Positions 35,405 to 45,523 of a stretch of DNA of 64,000 nt are shown here, piece after piece (the first letter of the stretch is position 1; every line of letters starts with the position of its first letter). Location of the stretch: contig VMGC01000005.1 in NCBI GenBank assembly GCA_007376385.1, positions 32,001-96,000 on the forward strand, read 5' to 3'. Source of the DNA: Parcubacteria group bacterium Gr01-1014_8 (GTDB lineage Bacteria > Patescibacteriota > Minisyncoccia > Phycocordibacterales > UBA2100). A program made the translations under genes and the position numbers. The notes below the pieces were generated by a model that had not been told where the DNA came from, ran no database searches, and worked only from the letters and a program-made list of their open reading frames with translations.

Positions 35405-35887
35405 CTTTTTCGGACATTTCACAGGTGTGCAGTATCCGAGAAAGCGGGGAACTTGACGTTCCCCACCTGTCGGTCATGTTGTCACGAAATACTGTCAGTT
35501 GTGAACTGGACAGTCGCGGGCGGCCGCATGACCAGTGCAGGTACACACCTTTTTAGGGGTGGGTGGAGGTTTGATCCTCGCCGGTTCCGGCCCTTCACCA
35601 AGACGATGGTTATCGTAGTGGCTTCGCGGCGGTTGTACCGGTTTCTCTCCCTGTGCCATTTTCACCTCCATGGCGGTTAGGGTTGAAGTTCGTCCTCTCG
35701 CACTGCGAGAGGCAACTGGGCGAACTTGCTGGTATAGAATCGGCTCCGCCGATACACACCAGTCTTATCGCCTCATCCGTACGTCTGTTTCGCACGGATG
35801 AGGCGATAACCCCAGATAAAGAACATCCGCTCTTACGTAAAAGTCACCCCTCACGTAAGAGGGGATCGAGTTGATACGGTTGTTGTA

Positions 35888-36202
35888 TCAGCGCGCTCCT
35901 CTCCCACGGGAGATAAGAGCGCCATGATGCAGGCGCGGAATAATGGTCTTGTAGCCACCTTTCCCTTTTTGAAGCCATTTTGAGACGCGGGCGATGGTGG
36001 TCGAGCTGAATCCCGTTGCTTTCTTTATATCTGAATAGGGGATATTTTCACTAAGCATTTCCGCAGTTTTGAGACGACCGGCAAATTCCTTGAGCTCGCT
36101 TTTAGTGAGAAGGTCGCGCAAAAAGCACCGTACTTCTTCAGTGGAGCGTAGCGCCAAAATGGCGGCTATCAATTGTTTACTTTCCAGGCTTTTCCAGTCC
36201 AT
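35888..36202 (-). CDS. TrpR-like YerC/YecD-family DNA-binding protein.
   Basis: 104 aa with helix-turn-helix (SDIKKATGFSSTTIARVSKWL). Confidence 0.6.
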   Translation of the reverse strand: MDWKSLESKQLIAAILALRSTEEVRCFLRDLLTKSELKEFAGRLKTAEMLSENIPYSDIKKATGFSSTTIARVSKWLQKGKGGYKTIIPRLHHGALISRGRGAR

Positions 36203-36240
36203 TCGACCACTTTACTAGAGTAAAGCGATGTGTCAAGACA

Positions 36241-36648
36241 TTACAGTGCCTCTATTCTGAATGACTCGAAACTCACGTCCATGAAATCGGTGCGGACGCC
36301 TGCACGACCCGCTTCAATAATAGGAGGTGTTCCGCCGAACACTCTACCGTCGTCTTTTGCTTCCAGAAGCTTTTTCCAAGTTGTCTCGCCGCTCTTTTGC
36401 ATGAAGAGATTGATCGTAATAGAGCCGTCGGCGTTGCGCACATTTTCGACTCGCAGACCTATCCACGTCTGATGGGGAAGCATGTTTATTTTCTCTCCTT
36501 GCACGTACGAACCGGCGAATATCTGCTTTTGTGCCATCGTGTAATATGTGCCTTTGTATTTTTTCTTTATGACCGCCGTACCATCGACGCGAATGCCGGC
36601 GTAGTACAGAGTGTCTTTGTCTATATAGCGGCTCATAAGCAGGATCAT
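36241..36648 (-). CDS. Hypothetical protein (start placed at the internal Met).
   Basis: ORF track 36241..36756. The upstream in-frame part looks non-coding (GC-rich hairpins). No family recognised. Confidence 0.35.
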   Translation of the reverse strand: MILLMSRYIDKDTLYYAGIRVDGTAVIKKKYKGTYYTMAQKQIFAGSYVQGEKINMLPHQTWIGLRVENVRNADGSITINLFMQKSGETTWKKLLEAKDDGRVFGGTPPIIEAGRAGVRTDFMDVSFESFRIEAL

Positions 36649-36967
36649 GATCAACGAGGGGCTTAGCCTGATAAATGAGGCGCATTCATGTACGCCGGGG
36701 AGACCGTGCCCCCTCAGGCCGCACGATCTCCCCGGCTTACACGACCAACTTCGCATCAGAGTTGGCTGATACCTCGGGCGTCACCTGTGTCATAGGCTAG
36801 TATCGTCAACTGCTAATTTTGAGGCGACAGGTGCCGCAGAGACATAGATCCCTGCGGGTCTGTGCGCTCATAAAGGAACTAGCTCTCCGAACACTGTACA
36901 GAAAAGTTATGAACCATGTATGAAGAAAGACTTAGTTGATATTTTTTGCTGAATATCAGCGCTTGTA

Positions 36968-37984
36968 TCAGAGGAGGTTGTTTGGCCTGTGGGAATAATC
37001 GACGGCTATTTCGTCACTGCCCCTGTCGCTCCGTCCTTTTTGGTCCTTATCTTCATTGCCGGCAGGGAAGAGCACTGTCACCGAAGTACCTCGTCCTTCT
37101 GCGCTCCTCACTGATATTTTTCCACCGTGCTGCTTTACAAGTTCGCTCACAATGGTAAGACCGAGCCCGCTTCCTCCTGAAACGCGATTGCGCGAGCGAT
37201 CCGCTCGATAGAACGGCTCGAAGATACGGAAGAGATCTGAGCGGGCGATGCCGGTCCCTGAATCCTGGATGGAGAGCTCTATCGTATTAGGGCCCGTGCC
37301 CTCCACTGTGATGCCGACCCGACCTTTTAGGGATGAGTACGTTATTGCGTTCTTCAAGATATTCGTGACTATCTGTTCAAGAGCGGCTGAATTTCCCCAT
37401 ACAATGCGCCAATCACTCATGCGCGTCGTGACTTCGAGGTGCTTACGTTCTGCAAGTCCACGCATCTTTTTTGTCACATTCTCTACAATGGTGCCGAGGT
37501 CTACATTGTCGAATTCAATACGTTCCGGCCGCACGGAATTAGAAAGCGTGAGCAGGTTATTGATGATATCCGAGATGCGGTCAAGCTCTTCGACGTTGCT
37601 TGTCATGATATCCCGCAGTTCTCGGTTCATATCAGCGTCGAACAATGCCACCTCAGTGTTTGTCTTTATTGTGGAGAGTGGCGTGCGAAGCTCGTGTGCG
37701 ATATTGCCGATGAATTGTTTTTGAGAATTTAGCGCATTTCGCACGGGACCCAGCGTGACGTATGCGATGACGTACGAAAATAGCATCGTGATCCCGATAA
37801 CGCTGGTGATGACGATAATGACATTACGCGTCTGCAAATACTGGAGTTCGGACACGATGTTCGCACCTATCGTGCTTGGTGCGATATTCGATGTCGCGCT
37901 TTCCACGATGCCGAGGGAAAGCACGTTGACCACGTCTTGGTACAAGAATGAGAGCGAAATGGCTGCGATAGCGAGGACGAGCAT
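36968..37984 (-). CDS. Sensor histidine kinase (HisKA plus HATPase_c); start uncertain within 37984-38140.
   Basis: NIAHELRTPLSTIK H-box, DSGTGIA, GGSGLGLTIV. The track ORF overlaps the response-regulator gene by more than 100 nt, so a later Met is used. Confidence 0.7.
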   Translation of the reverse strand: MLVLAIAAISLSFLYQDVVNVLSLGIVESATSNIAPSTIGANIVSELQYLQTRNVIIVITSVIGITMLFSYVIAYVTLGPVRNALNSQKQFIGNIAHELRTPLSTIKTNTEVALFDADMNRELRDIMTSNVEELDRISDIINNLLTLSNSVRPERIEFDNVDLGTIVENVTKKMRGLAERKHLEVTTRMSDWRIVWGNSAALEQIVTNILKNAITYSSLKGRVGITVEGTGPNTIELSIQDSGTGIARSDLFRIFEPFYRADRSRNRVSGGSGLGLTIVSELVKQHGGKISVRSAEGRGTSVTVLFPAGNEDKDQKGRSDRGSDEIAVDYSHRPNNLL

Positions 37985-38048
37985 TCCAAAGCTGCACTGC
38001 AGGGCCAGCACGTTCACTTCTGTGCGGAAGAACGGCTCGTATCTATAT

Positions 38049-38723
38049 TTATCCGCGAAGCCGATAACCAATCCCACGGACCGTTTCCAGAGGGTTTTCG
38101 CTCTCTCCACTGCCAAGCTTTTTTCGAAGATTTTTAACATGGACGTCAACGACATTACTGAATGAGGCATAATTAAAATCCCATAGATTAGTTAATAGAT
38201 CTTCCCGATTCACGACCTGATTCGGGTGCCGCATGAAATACTCCAATAATCCAAATTCTTTTAGCGTAAGCGGTATCTCTTCCCCGTCTCTTTTCACTGT
38301 CCGTTCGACCGGATTGAGTTCGATGTTGCTCACGGAAATGATCTTGGGCACTGTTTCCGTCGGGCGGCGAAGCAGAGCGTGCACTCGTGCAGCTAGTTCC
38401 TTGAAAGAAAACGGCTTGACGAGATAATCATCGGCGCCGGAAAGCAAGAGTTCCACTTTACGATCTGTTTCGTTGCGAGCGGTAAGAATAAGAATTGGCA
38501 CTGTGACGCCCCATTCCCTGACGGTTTTGCATATTTCTGCGCCGTCCATCGAAGGAAGCATCAGGTCTAGAATAACAAGGTCGTAATCGCTTCGGTGAAG
38601 GGAGATGCGGTTCAATGCCTTCTTGCCGTCATGGATCGTGTCCACGGTGTACCCCTTTAGACTTAAGCCGCGGGCCAGCGCATCAGCTAACTTTTGTTCG
38701 TCCTCAACAAGTAATATTTTCAT
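38049..38723 (-). CDS. OmpR-family response regulator.
   Basis: MKILLVEDE...DLVILDLMLP receiver domain and winged-helix C-terminus (VRGIGYRL). Confidence 0.85.
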   Translation of the reverse strand: MKILLVEDEQKLADALARGLSLKGYTVDTIHDGKKALNRISLHRSDYDLVILDLMLPSMDGAEICKTVREWGVTVPILILTARNETDRKVELLLSGADDYLVKPFSFKELAARVHALLRRPTETVPKIISVSNIELNPVERTVKRDGEEIPLTLKEFGLLEYFMRHPNQVVNREDLLTNLWDFNYASFSNVVDVHVKNLRKKLGSGESENPLETVRGIGYRLRG

Positions 38724-38888
38724 GGTCGTGCATTGTTTTCTGCTAAGCTAAAAAGAACCGCCTTCGCGAAGTATAGAGCGGAAAGATGAAGACTTCATGA
38801 GATTACAGACGAAAACAGGTCCGCATCTCTTACGTTGGGTCTCTGAAAGAGCCATGGCGTGGCTCAATGCAGGCGCAATGTGTGTGAT

Positions 38889-38996
38889 TTATTTGCGAGC
38901 GTTGCGAGTGAAACGCAAAAGAGCACTTTTGCATTTCCGAGCCGAGGAGCAAACACAGGTTCAATACCTCGGAGCAAGCTCCGAGGAACCTTTATT
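38889..38996 (+). ncRNA. Candidate small structured RNA, repeat copy 3.
   Basis: About 96% identical to 417-524 over roughly 105 nt. The 3' hairpin plus TTTATT overlaps the stop codon of the convergent permease gene. Confidence 0.45.
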
Positions 38997-39774
38997 GCTT
39001 AAGACCTAGCCCTGTGCGGATGAAGTACCAATTGGCAGCAATGAGGATAGCCACTAACACTACAAGTATCGAGACTGACATGTAGAGGGAAACGTCAGTA
39101 ATGCCGAGGAATCCGTAGCGGAAACCGTTGATGAGGTAGAAAAGGGGATTTGCGTACGTTATCGCCTGCCACCAATCGGGAAGCGAATGGACCGAGTAGA
39201 AAATACCACCGAGGTAGACGAGTGGTGTCAGGAAGAATGTGGGGACGATGTTGATGCCATCGATCGTTTTCGCATAGATGCCGTTCACGAGTCCTGCGAG
39301 AGCGAAAACGAGTGCGGTGAGGAGGGCGAATCCTAGGATGACGAGGACGCTATGAATGGTGAGCGAGAGGCCAGTGAAAAAGAGTGACACCATAAGCACT
39401 AGTGCGCCGACGAGGATGCCGCGTATCACGCCTCCGCCAACAAAGCCAGCAATAAGAAGCCATGGCGGCGTAGGGGAGACGAGAATTTCATCGATCGAGC
39501 GTGCGAAGAATTTTGACGTAAAGAACATGAATGACGTATTCGCGTATGATGTTGTGACGATAGCGAGCATCACGAGACCGGGAACGACGAATGTCATGTA
39601 ATCGACACCTTGCATGTCACCAATACGGGAGCCAAGCACGGTTCCGAACACGAGAAAGTAGAGAGTGGAAGTGATAACGCTCGGAAGAAATGTCTGGACC
39701 CAAATGCGGAACATGCGGACAATGTCCTTTCGTATCATGGTGTAGAACGCGATCCATTTTTGGTAGGGAGTCAT
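38992..39774 (-). CDS. ABC-2-type transporter permease.
   Basis: 260 aa, six predicted transmembrane helices, ABC-2 family features. Confidence 0.75.
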   Translation of the reverse strand: MTPYQKWIAFYTMIRKDIVRMFRIWVQTFLPSVITSTLYFLVFGTVLGSRIGDMQGVDYMTFVVPGLVMLAIVTTSYANTSFMFFTSKFFARSIDEILVSPTPPWLLIAGFVGGGVIRGILVGALVLMVSLFFTGLSLTIHSVLVILGFALLTALVFALAGLVNGIYAKTIDGINIVPTFFLTPLVYLGGIFYSVHSLPDWWQAITYANPLFYLINGFRYGFLGITDVSLYMSVSILVVLVAILIAANWYFIRTGLGLKQ

Positions 39775-40433
39775 ATTGCGATGAATGATGCCTTTAATTT
39801 CTCATTTTTATCCAAAAGTTCATCAGGAAGTAAACCTAAAATCGCGTTGTAGCAGTAAATAGCCCATTCGCGCCTCTTTTTGTCGTCAATTTTAAGGATC
39901 GCCTGACGTAAAAGCTTGGGGTCAAACTTGACTGTTAATTCTTTATCGTCCTTGTCACCCGCCCAAAAGGCAGGTTCAAAATCGAAGAATTTCCGCTTTC
40001 CGTCTGCATCGCGCGATGAATTGAGTGCCTCAAATTCCCCCCGAAATCCTGCTTTTTTAACTTTTGTGATAATCGATTTGTATTCTGGCGACGACTCTAT
40101 TTGCTGCCATTCGCCAGCAAGCTCACGCCATACAGGATCATCCTTTGGGGTCCCGCTCTTAATGAGTTCCTGATATTTTGCATGCGTTTCGTCGTGCGCG
40201 ACCCGATCGACGAGAACGTTAACCGTGCCGCTTTCGTCAAGTCCCGCGCCATGCGTGTCCGGAAATACCTCTGGGAAAAGAAGATGATGCAACTTTATGA
40301 AATAGTAAAACGATTTTGCCTCTGCCCCAGAAGCACCTTTTATACCCCCAACTTCAATCCGAAGAACGCCTTCCTTATATTCAAATGCCTTCTTATTTGA
40401 GCCGACCGCAATTGCTTCTCCGGTACTTTTCAT
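39771..40433 (-). CDS. Hypothetical soluble protein encoded between the ABC ATPase and permease genes.
   Basis: 220 aa, overlapping start and stop with the flanking ABC genes. No family recognised. Confidence 0.45.
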   Translation of the reverse strand: MKSTGEAIAVGSNKKAFEYKEGVLRIEVGGIKGASGAEAKSFYYFIKLHHLLFPEVFPDTHGAGLDESGTVNVLVDRVAHDETHAKYQELIKSGTPKDDPVWRELAGEWQQIESSPEYKSIITKVKKAGFRGEFEALNSSRDADGKRKFFDFEPAFWAGDKDDKELTVKFDPKLLRQAILKIDDKKRREWAIYCYNAILGLLPDELLDKNEKLKASFIAI

Positions 40434-40434
40434 A

Positions 40435-41196
40435 CTATTTTTCGCTGGTGAGTTGGAGGAACACTTCTTCTAATTTTCCGCCGCGGATGCCGCCTTGGTG
40501 TGCTTTTTCGTCGTGAAGCGCAAGAATCTCCTCTTTTGTCCCAGAAGCGACGATCTGGCCTTTGTTGATGATAGCGACATGCTTCGCCAGCTGTTCGGCT
40601 TCTTCAAGGTAGTGGGTGGTGAGAAGTATTGTAAGTCCTTCGCTTGTGAGTTTGCGGAGGTACTCCCACATGCCGCGGCGCAGCTCCACGTCCACTCCCG
40701 CTGTTGGTTCATCCAGAATGAGGAATCGCGGTTTGTGTACGAGTGCGCGGGCGATCATGAGCCTGCGCTTCATGCCGCCAGATAATTCCATTGCGCGGCC
40801 GAGCATCTTTTCGCCAAGGCCAAGATCTTTGAGGAGCTGCTCGGCGCGCGGCCGCGCAATGGAGCGAGGAATCCCATAGTAGCCACCCTGGTTCGTTACG
40901 ATGTCGAGCGGTTTTTCGAATGGATTGAAGTTCAGCTCTTGACCAACAAGTCCTATCTGCGCTTTTGCGACTTCTGTTTCTTTATCAATGTCGTGACCAA
41001 AGACGGACGCTGAGCCTGATGTTTTGTTCACGAGACCCGTCACGATACCGATAATGGTGGTTTTTCCGGCGCCGTTGGGACCAAGGAGAGCGAAAAAATC
41101 ACCTGCGGGGACAGTGAGAGAAACTCCTTTCAAGGCCTCTGTTCCAGTTTTGTAGACTTTCTTGAGGTCTTTGACAACGAGTGCTGGGGTCTCCAT
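40435..41196 (-). CDS. ABC transporter ATP-binding protein.
   Basis: Walker A GPNGAGKTT, LSGGMKRR signature, Walker B LILDEPT. Confidence 0.85.
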   Translation of the reverse strand: METPALVVKDLKKVYKTGTEALKGVSLTVPAGDFFALLGPNGAGKTTIIGIVTGLVNKTSGSASVFGHDIDKETEVAKAQIGLVGQELNFNPFEKPLDIVTNQGGYYGIPRSIARPRAEQLLKDLGLGEKMLGRAMELSGGMKRRLMIARALVHKPRFLILDEPTAGVDVELRRGMWEYLRKLTSEGLTILLTTHYLEEAEQLAKHVAIINKGQIVASGTKEEILALHDEKAHQGGIRGGKLEEVFLQLTSEK

Positions 41197-41286
41197 ACAG
41201 CACGACAGTGTAACATACGTGTCATTTTGGCTGGCAGTGGCGCGAGGCATTCTCTAATTCGCGCGAATTAGAGGATAGTTGCGGAG

Positions 41287-42684
41287 TTAATGTCCGGAGG
41301 TGTCCCATTCCTCGCCGACGCCCTTGAAGTGCGCGAGTTTTTCTCGGAAAAGCGCTTTTATTTTTTCGAGTGTATCATGGGTCTTTGCCTCGAAGCGAAG
41401 CACGAGTGTTGGTGTGTTCGAAGAGGCGCGGACAAGTCCCCAGCCGTCGTGTGCATAGACACGTGCGCCGTTTATATCAACGACCTTGTAGCCATCATGT
41501 TTGAACATCTTTACCAGCTCATCGACAATCTTGTATTTTTCCTCATCAGTCGTTTTGACTTGGATAGTCGGAGTGGCGATGTAATAGGGAGTCGTCGCGA
41601 CCAATTCCGAAAGCGTTTTCGTATGTGATGAAAGATATTCAAGCAGTTTGAGGGCGGCGAAGAACGCATCGTCAAACCCATAGAAATCATCGCCGAAGAA
41701 AATGTGTCCGCTCATTTCTCCGCCGAGCGCGGCATCCACTTCCTGTAGCTTCGCTTTGATATACGAATGTCCCGTTTTCCACATAATAGGGACGCCGCCG
41801 TGCATGGCAATATCTTCTGGAAGCGCTTGGGAGACTTTCACATCGAATACGATCTTGGATCCAGGTTTCTTTGCCAAAACCAATCGAGAAAGAAGCATAA
41901 GATAGCGATCTGGCCAAACGATATTACCTTTCTCGTCTACGACACCGAGCCTATCGCCATCACCGTCGAACGCGAGTCCGATGTCGCACGCGTTTTTCAA
42001 GACCTGCACGACGGTGTCGTTCATCATCGCTTCGCCATCCGGATTCGCTGTGTAATTCGGATAGCTTGGATCGACGTTTGTAAGATGTTCTACGATTTCG
42101 CAACCGGTTTTCCGGAATAATTCCGGCGCGAACATTCCCGCGGTGCCGTTCCCCGTATTTATCAGCACTTTTAGTTTTTTCTTGATTAATGTTCGACATA
42201 CGATGTCGGTCATATATTCCTTGGCTATGTCGTCCTTTCGAATGTTCGACATCGTATGTCGAACATAGTCCTCTTTTTCGATGATTGAATAGAGAGTTTT
42301 GATTTCGTCCGGGCCGAGGGTCTCGGAGAAATTAATTCCTAGCTTGAGGCCGTTCCACCCGGCAGGATTATGACTGGCCGTTATCATGCAGAGGCCACGC
42401 GCTTTGAAATGGTATTGCGCCCAGTAACTCATCGGGGTTGTGACCGTGCCGATGTCTATGATGTCCACGCCTGATTCCGCCAGGGCTTTTTTTGCCTGTG
42501 CTGCGAAACTTTCGGATGTCTCGCGCGCATCGTTTCCGACAACAGCGTTCGTGATATTCGCATCGCGAAGCATTTTTCCAAATCCTCTCGCGATGTGGTA
42601 TATGGAGTTCTCGTTCAGCTCGTCGTCCGATTCACGGCCGCGAATGTCGTATTCGCGGAACATTGTTTTTTTAAGAGAGGCCAT
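41287..42684 (-). CDS. Phosphoglucomutase/phosphomannomutase (alpha-D-phosphohexomutase).
   Basis: ITASHNPAGWNG active-site loop and DGDGDR metal-binding loop. Confidence 0.85.
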   Translation of the reverse strand: MASLKKTMFREYDIRGRESDDELNENSIYHIARGFGKMLRDANITNAVVGNDARETSESFAAQAKKALAESGVDIIDIGTVTTPMSYWAQYHFKARGLCMITASHNPAGWNGLKLGINFSETLGPDEIKTLYSIIEKEDYVRHTMSNIRKDDIAKEYMTDIVCRTLIKKKLKVLINTGNGTAGMFAPELFRKTGCEIVEHLTNVDPSYPNYTANPDGEAMMNDTVVQVLKNACDIGLAFDGDGDRLGVVDEKGNIVWPDRYLMLLSRLVLAKKPGSKIVFDVKVSQALPEDIAMHGGVPIMWKTGHSYIKAKLQEVDAALGGEMSGHIFFGDDFYGFDDAFFAALKLLEYLSSHTKTLSELVATTPYYIATPTIQVKTTDEEKYKIVDELVKMFKHDGYKVVDINGARVYAHDGWGLVRASSNTPTLVLRFEAKTHDTLEKIKALFREKLAHFKGVGEEWDTSGH

Positions 42685-42718
42685 TGAAAAATAGTATCAC
42701 AGCGGGGTATTTTTTAGT

Positions 42719-43495
42719 TCAGCCGCGAGCAAAACGAGAACGCCGACGTTCTCGAAGCCACGTCATAAAAAGGCGAAGCATTATGTATAAGACGAGCGCC
42801 ATCAGTCCGTAAAAAAGTATCTGGATGCGCAGGACCATGAGCGCGCCTCGGAGAATTTTGTTCCAGATATTTGATAACAGGGAACCCGATGAGCTTACTG
42901 CGGCAACTGAAGGATCCGATGCACTCAGCACTTCGCCTTCGCTAGAGACAGGGCTTTGTGCAAGCTTTTTTTCTACCGCGGCGATTGCCTCGCTCCGCAC
43001 GTGTTCTGTGAGAACGAAGGCTCTGCTCGAAATGTTGAGCACGGTCGGTTTTGCTGCACGTACGCCCTCTTGGAGTGCAGATGCGACATTGGATGCAGTG
43101 TGCGCAGCTGCGCTCGGCGGCGGGGCCGCCGCGACAGAAAATGAAAGAGGATCATATACGCACGATGTGGACGCATGTGCAGATGATGCGTGCGCGGAAA
43201 GGGAATGCACGCCGGCAGCAGCTTTCCATGTAACCGATGCGATTGCCGGCTCACCCGCGTTCATCTGCACATGTTGGTCACCAATAATGGAGCCATCAAT
43301 TTCGAATGTGACTGCTTTTGTTTGCGGCTCTCCCGAATTGTTGTGCACTATCGTATAGAACGTTACGGATTCGTTCTCAACTACGGTTTCGCGCGAGATC
43401 CACAATGCATTTGGGGCGCACGGCGCTACGTCAGCATATGCAAAGAGAGGCAGCGCGGTTGCGAGAATGAGAAGCGAGATGTGCACCGTGCTCAC
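42719..43495 (-). CDS. Hypothetical Ala/Ser-rich exported protein with a C-terminal transmembrane anchor.
   Basis: Signal-peptide-like N-terminus and a hydrophobic C-terminal helix followed by an RRRSRFARG tail. Confidence 0.45.
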   Translation of the reverse strand: MSTVHISLLILATALPLFAYADVAPCAPNALWISRETVVENESVTFYTIVHNNSGEPQTKAVTFEIDGSIIGDQHVQMNAGEPAIASVTWKAAAGVHSLSAHASSAHASTSCVYDPLSFSVAAAPPPSAAAHTASNVASALQEGVRAAKPTVLNISSRAFVLTEHVRSEAIAAVEKKLAQSPVSSEGEVLSASDPSVAAVSSSGSLLSNIWNKILRGALMVLRIQILFYGLMALVLYIMLRLFMTWLRERRRSRFARG

Positions 43496-43521
43496 CTTAC
43501 CAGTATATCGTGCTGTATCAT

Positions 43522-43801
43522 GAAAGGCGTGAAGGCGTTAAAAGCAGTTGCACACGGCAGAGTACAGATGGTGATGTATCGAGACTATGCCCAGCGGAAG
43601 GCGAGGAAGTTGGGAATTGTAGGGACAGTGCGAAATGTGCCCGATGGAACAGTTGAAGTGATAGCAGAGGGAGAAGATGCAGTGCTTCGAGACTACATTG
43701 AGCGTCTAAAACGAGGCTCCATACTTTCCAAGGTGACGGCACTTGAAGTGACGTGGCAGCTGCCGACGCGTCTCTTTCACGATTTTACGATCCTCTATTG
43801 A
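43522..43801 (+). CDS. Acylphosphatase.
   Basis: HGRVQMVMYRDY and GTVRNVPDGTVEV motifs. About 93 aa from the internal Met of ORF 43190..43801. Confidence 0.65.
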
Positions 43802-44238
43802 GCGGTCATTGCTCTGAAGTCAAAAAACAGCAGGAAATGGGCAGCTGATCTTCTTTCATCACGTCTATCGATATGTCGCCATAATATTATAAGGTTTACC
43901 CACCTCCTGTACACTTTGTGTGAGCGGAAATTATCAGTTTTCGTACACAAAGTATGTCGAGAGAAAAGGGCTTCAAGATAGTCGAGGTTCCCGTTACGTG
44001 GTAGAATGACGCGCAAACGAAACTTACATTATTCAGGACTTCTCAGATGCTTCTCGATATCATTCGGATCAGATTTCACTTGTTGTAAAAAAGGCCGTCC
44101 CGTCGATCCCTGCGCCAAGAGCCCAGGGCGTTCTCAGTGCGAACCAGTAAAGAATTCCGCGCTAACTGGTGAGAGAGGATGTCGCAGATATACACACGGG
44201 AGCCCGTCGTTCTAGGGCATTGTGTTAATCTTCACCAT

Positions 44239-45342
44239 ATGAGACCAAGCCGTGTGCTCGTGTCTTTCGTTGTCGCGCTCGTACTCATTGTTCCTGCTGC
44301 CTCGCACGCGCAGATCGCTGAAAATATTCAGAATAGTTTGTTTGCCCTTTTCAATCAGATCATCGGGCTCCAGAAACAGCTTATCCGGGACATTGACAAA
44401 CAACTCTCTGCCGTCCGGTCGGAACTTGATATGAACAAAGGCATGCTTGCGTACGCAAATGGGCAGCTTTCCGCACTCGGAAAACAAGTCTCGTCGACGC
44501 AATCGGAATTAAGCGATGTGAAGAGCCAGCTTGCTACATGCAAGAATCAACTGCCTCCGCCGAAACCCGCTTCGTGTACTTGGAGCAATGGTGTGACGTA
44601 TCCTGACGGATCGATCATTCCGTTTATGCCAACCGGAGGATATAATTTTTCGTCGTCTGCAGTTCCTGCTTCGGCCATGGCTGTGTGTATGGCGCCCTGT
44701 GGCGGGTATGTCGTGTACTATAAGTGTCAAAATGGCGATTGGGTGCAAGTTACCACCGGATATCCGAATCCGTATCCCATCGCCCTGAAGCCTGTCATAT
44801 ATCTGTATCCAACCAGCACGCAGGAAGTAACAGTGAAGTTGAAATACAGGGGCGAACTCGCATATACCTATCCAGAATACGATACGGCTCTTGGCGGGTG
44901 GAGAGTGATAGCAGAGCCGAGCGGCACGCTCACAAATCTCGCAGACAGCAGAGAGTACAGCTATCTTTTCTGGGAAGGGAAAGAGTATCCGATACACATA
45001 GATGAAGCGCGAGGATTTGTCGTGAAGGGAAGCGATACTCGCGCATTTCTCCAAGCCAAGTTGGCAGAGCTCGGTCTCCTTCCTCGCGAATACAACGAGA
45101 TGATCGTGTACTGGCTCCCAAAAATGCAGGACAACCCCTATACTTTTGTTCAGTTTGTCGGTGAAGAATATACATCGAGCGCTTCCCTTTCCATTTCTCC
45201 AAAACCTGACTCAATACTGCGCGTGTTCATGGCAATTAAACCCCTGGATAGCTACACGGAAGTCATACCGCAAAAAATAGAGCCGTTCGAACGAAAAGGA
45301 TTCACCGTTGTCGAGTGGGGAGGTATGGAGATCACAGAATAG
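44239..45342 (+). CDS. Secreted hypothetical protein with an N-terminal coiled-coil.
   Basis: MRPSRVLVSFVVALVLIVPAASHA signal peptide. No family recognised. Confidence 0.55.
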   Translation: MRPSRVLVSFVVALVLIVPAASHAQIAENIQNSLFALFNQIIGLQKQLIRDIDKQLSAVRSELDMNKGMLAYANGQLSALGKQVSSTQSELSDVKSQLATCKNQLPPPKPASCTWSNGVTYPDGSIIPFMPTGGYNFSSSAVPASAMAVCMAPCGGYVVYYKCQNGDWVQVTTGYPNPYPIALKPVIYLYPTSTQEVTVKLKYRGELAYTYPEYDTALGGWRVIAEPSGTLTNLADSREYSYLFWEGKEYPIHIDEARGFVVKGSDTRAFLQAKLAELGLLPREYNEMIVYWLPKMQDNPYTFVQFVGEEYTSSASLSISPKPDSILRVFMAIKPLDSYTEVIPQKIEPFERKGFTVVEWGGMEITE

Positions 45343-45523
45343 CAGCGGAATTACTTACTGGTTTGCATCAAGAACGCCTCGCGCTTTGAGCGCGGGGATG
45401 GATTGATGTACTTTCAAATAAGTGCGGCCGGTGGGCCGCTCCTATTCCAGCAAAGAACCCATGGTCCTGCGCCTAAAGAGCGCATCCCTAACACCTTGCG
45501 CTCTGTGGTGCAGGGTTCTTTAC

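Noticed and set aside
35405-35887. RNase P RNA, tmRNA or SRP RNA in the long non-coding region after purB.
   Set aside because: The conserved blocks I remember (P4 AGGAAAGUCCGGGCUCC, tmRNA GGGG...UUCGAC 5' end and CCACCA 3' end, SRP domain IV GGAAGCAGC) are absent on both strands. The region is left as an unknown structured region.
38901-38915. 9-mer GTGAAACGC, shared with bacterial 5S rRNA, inside the repeated sRNA-like element.
   Set aside because: No other 5S rRNA blocks are present, and the length and structure do not fit. This is a coincidental short match.
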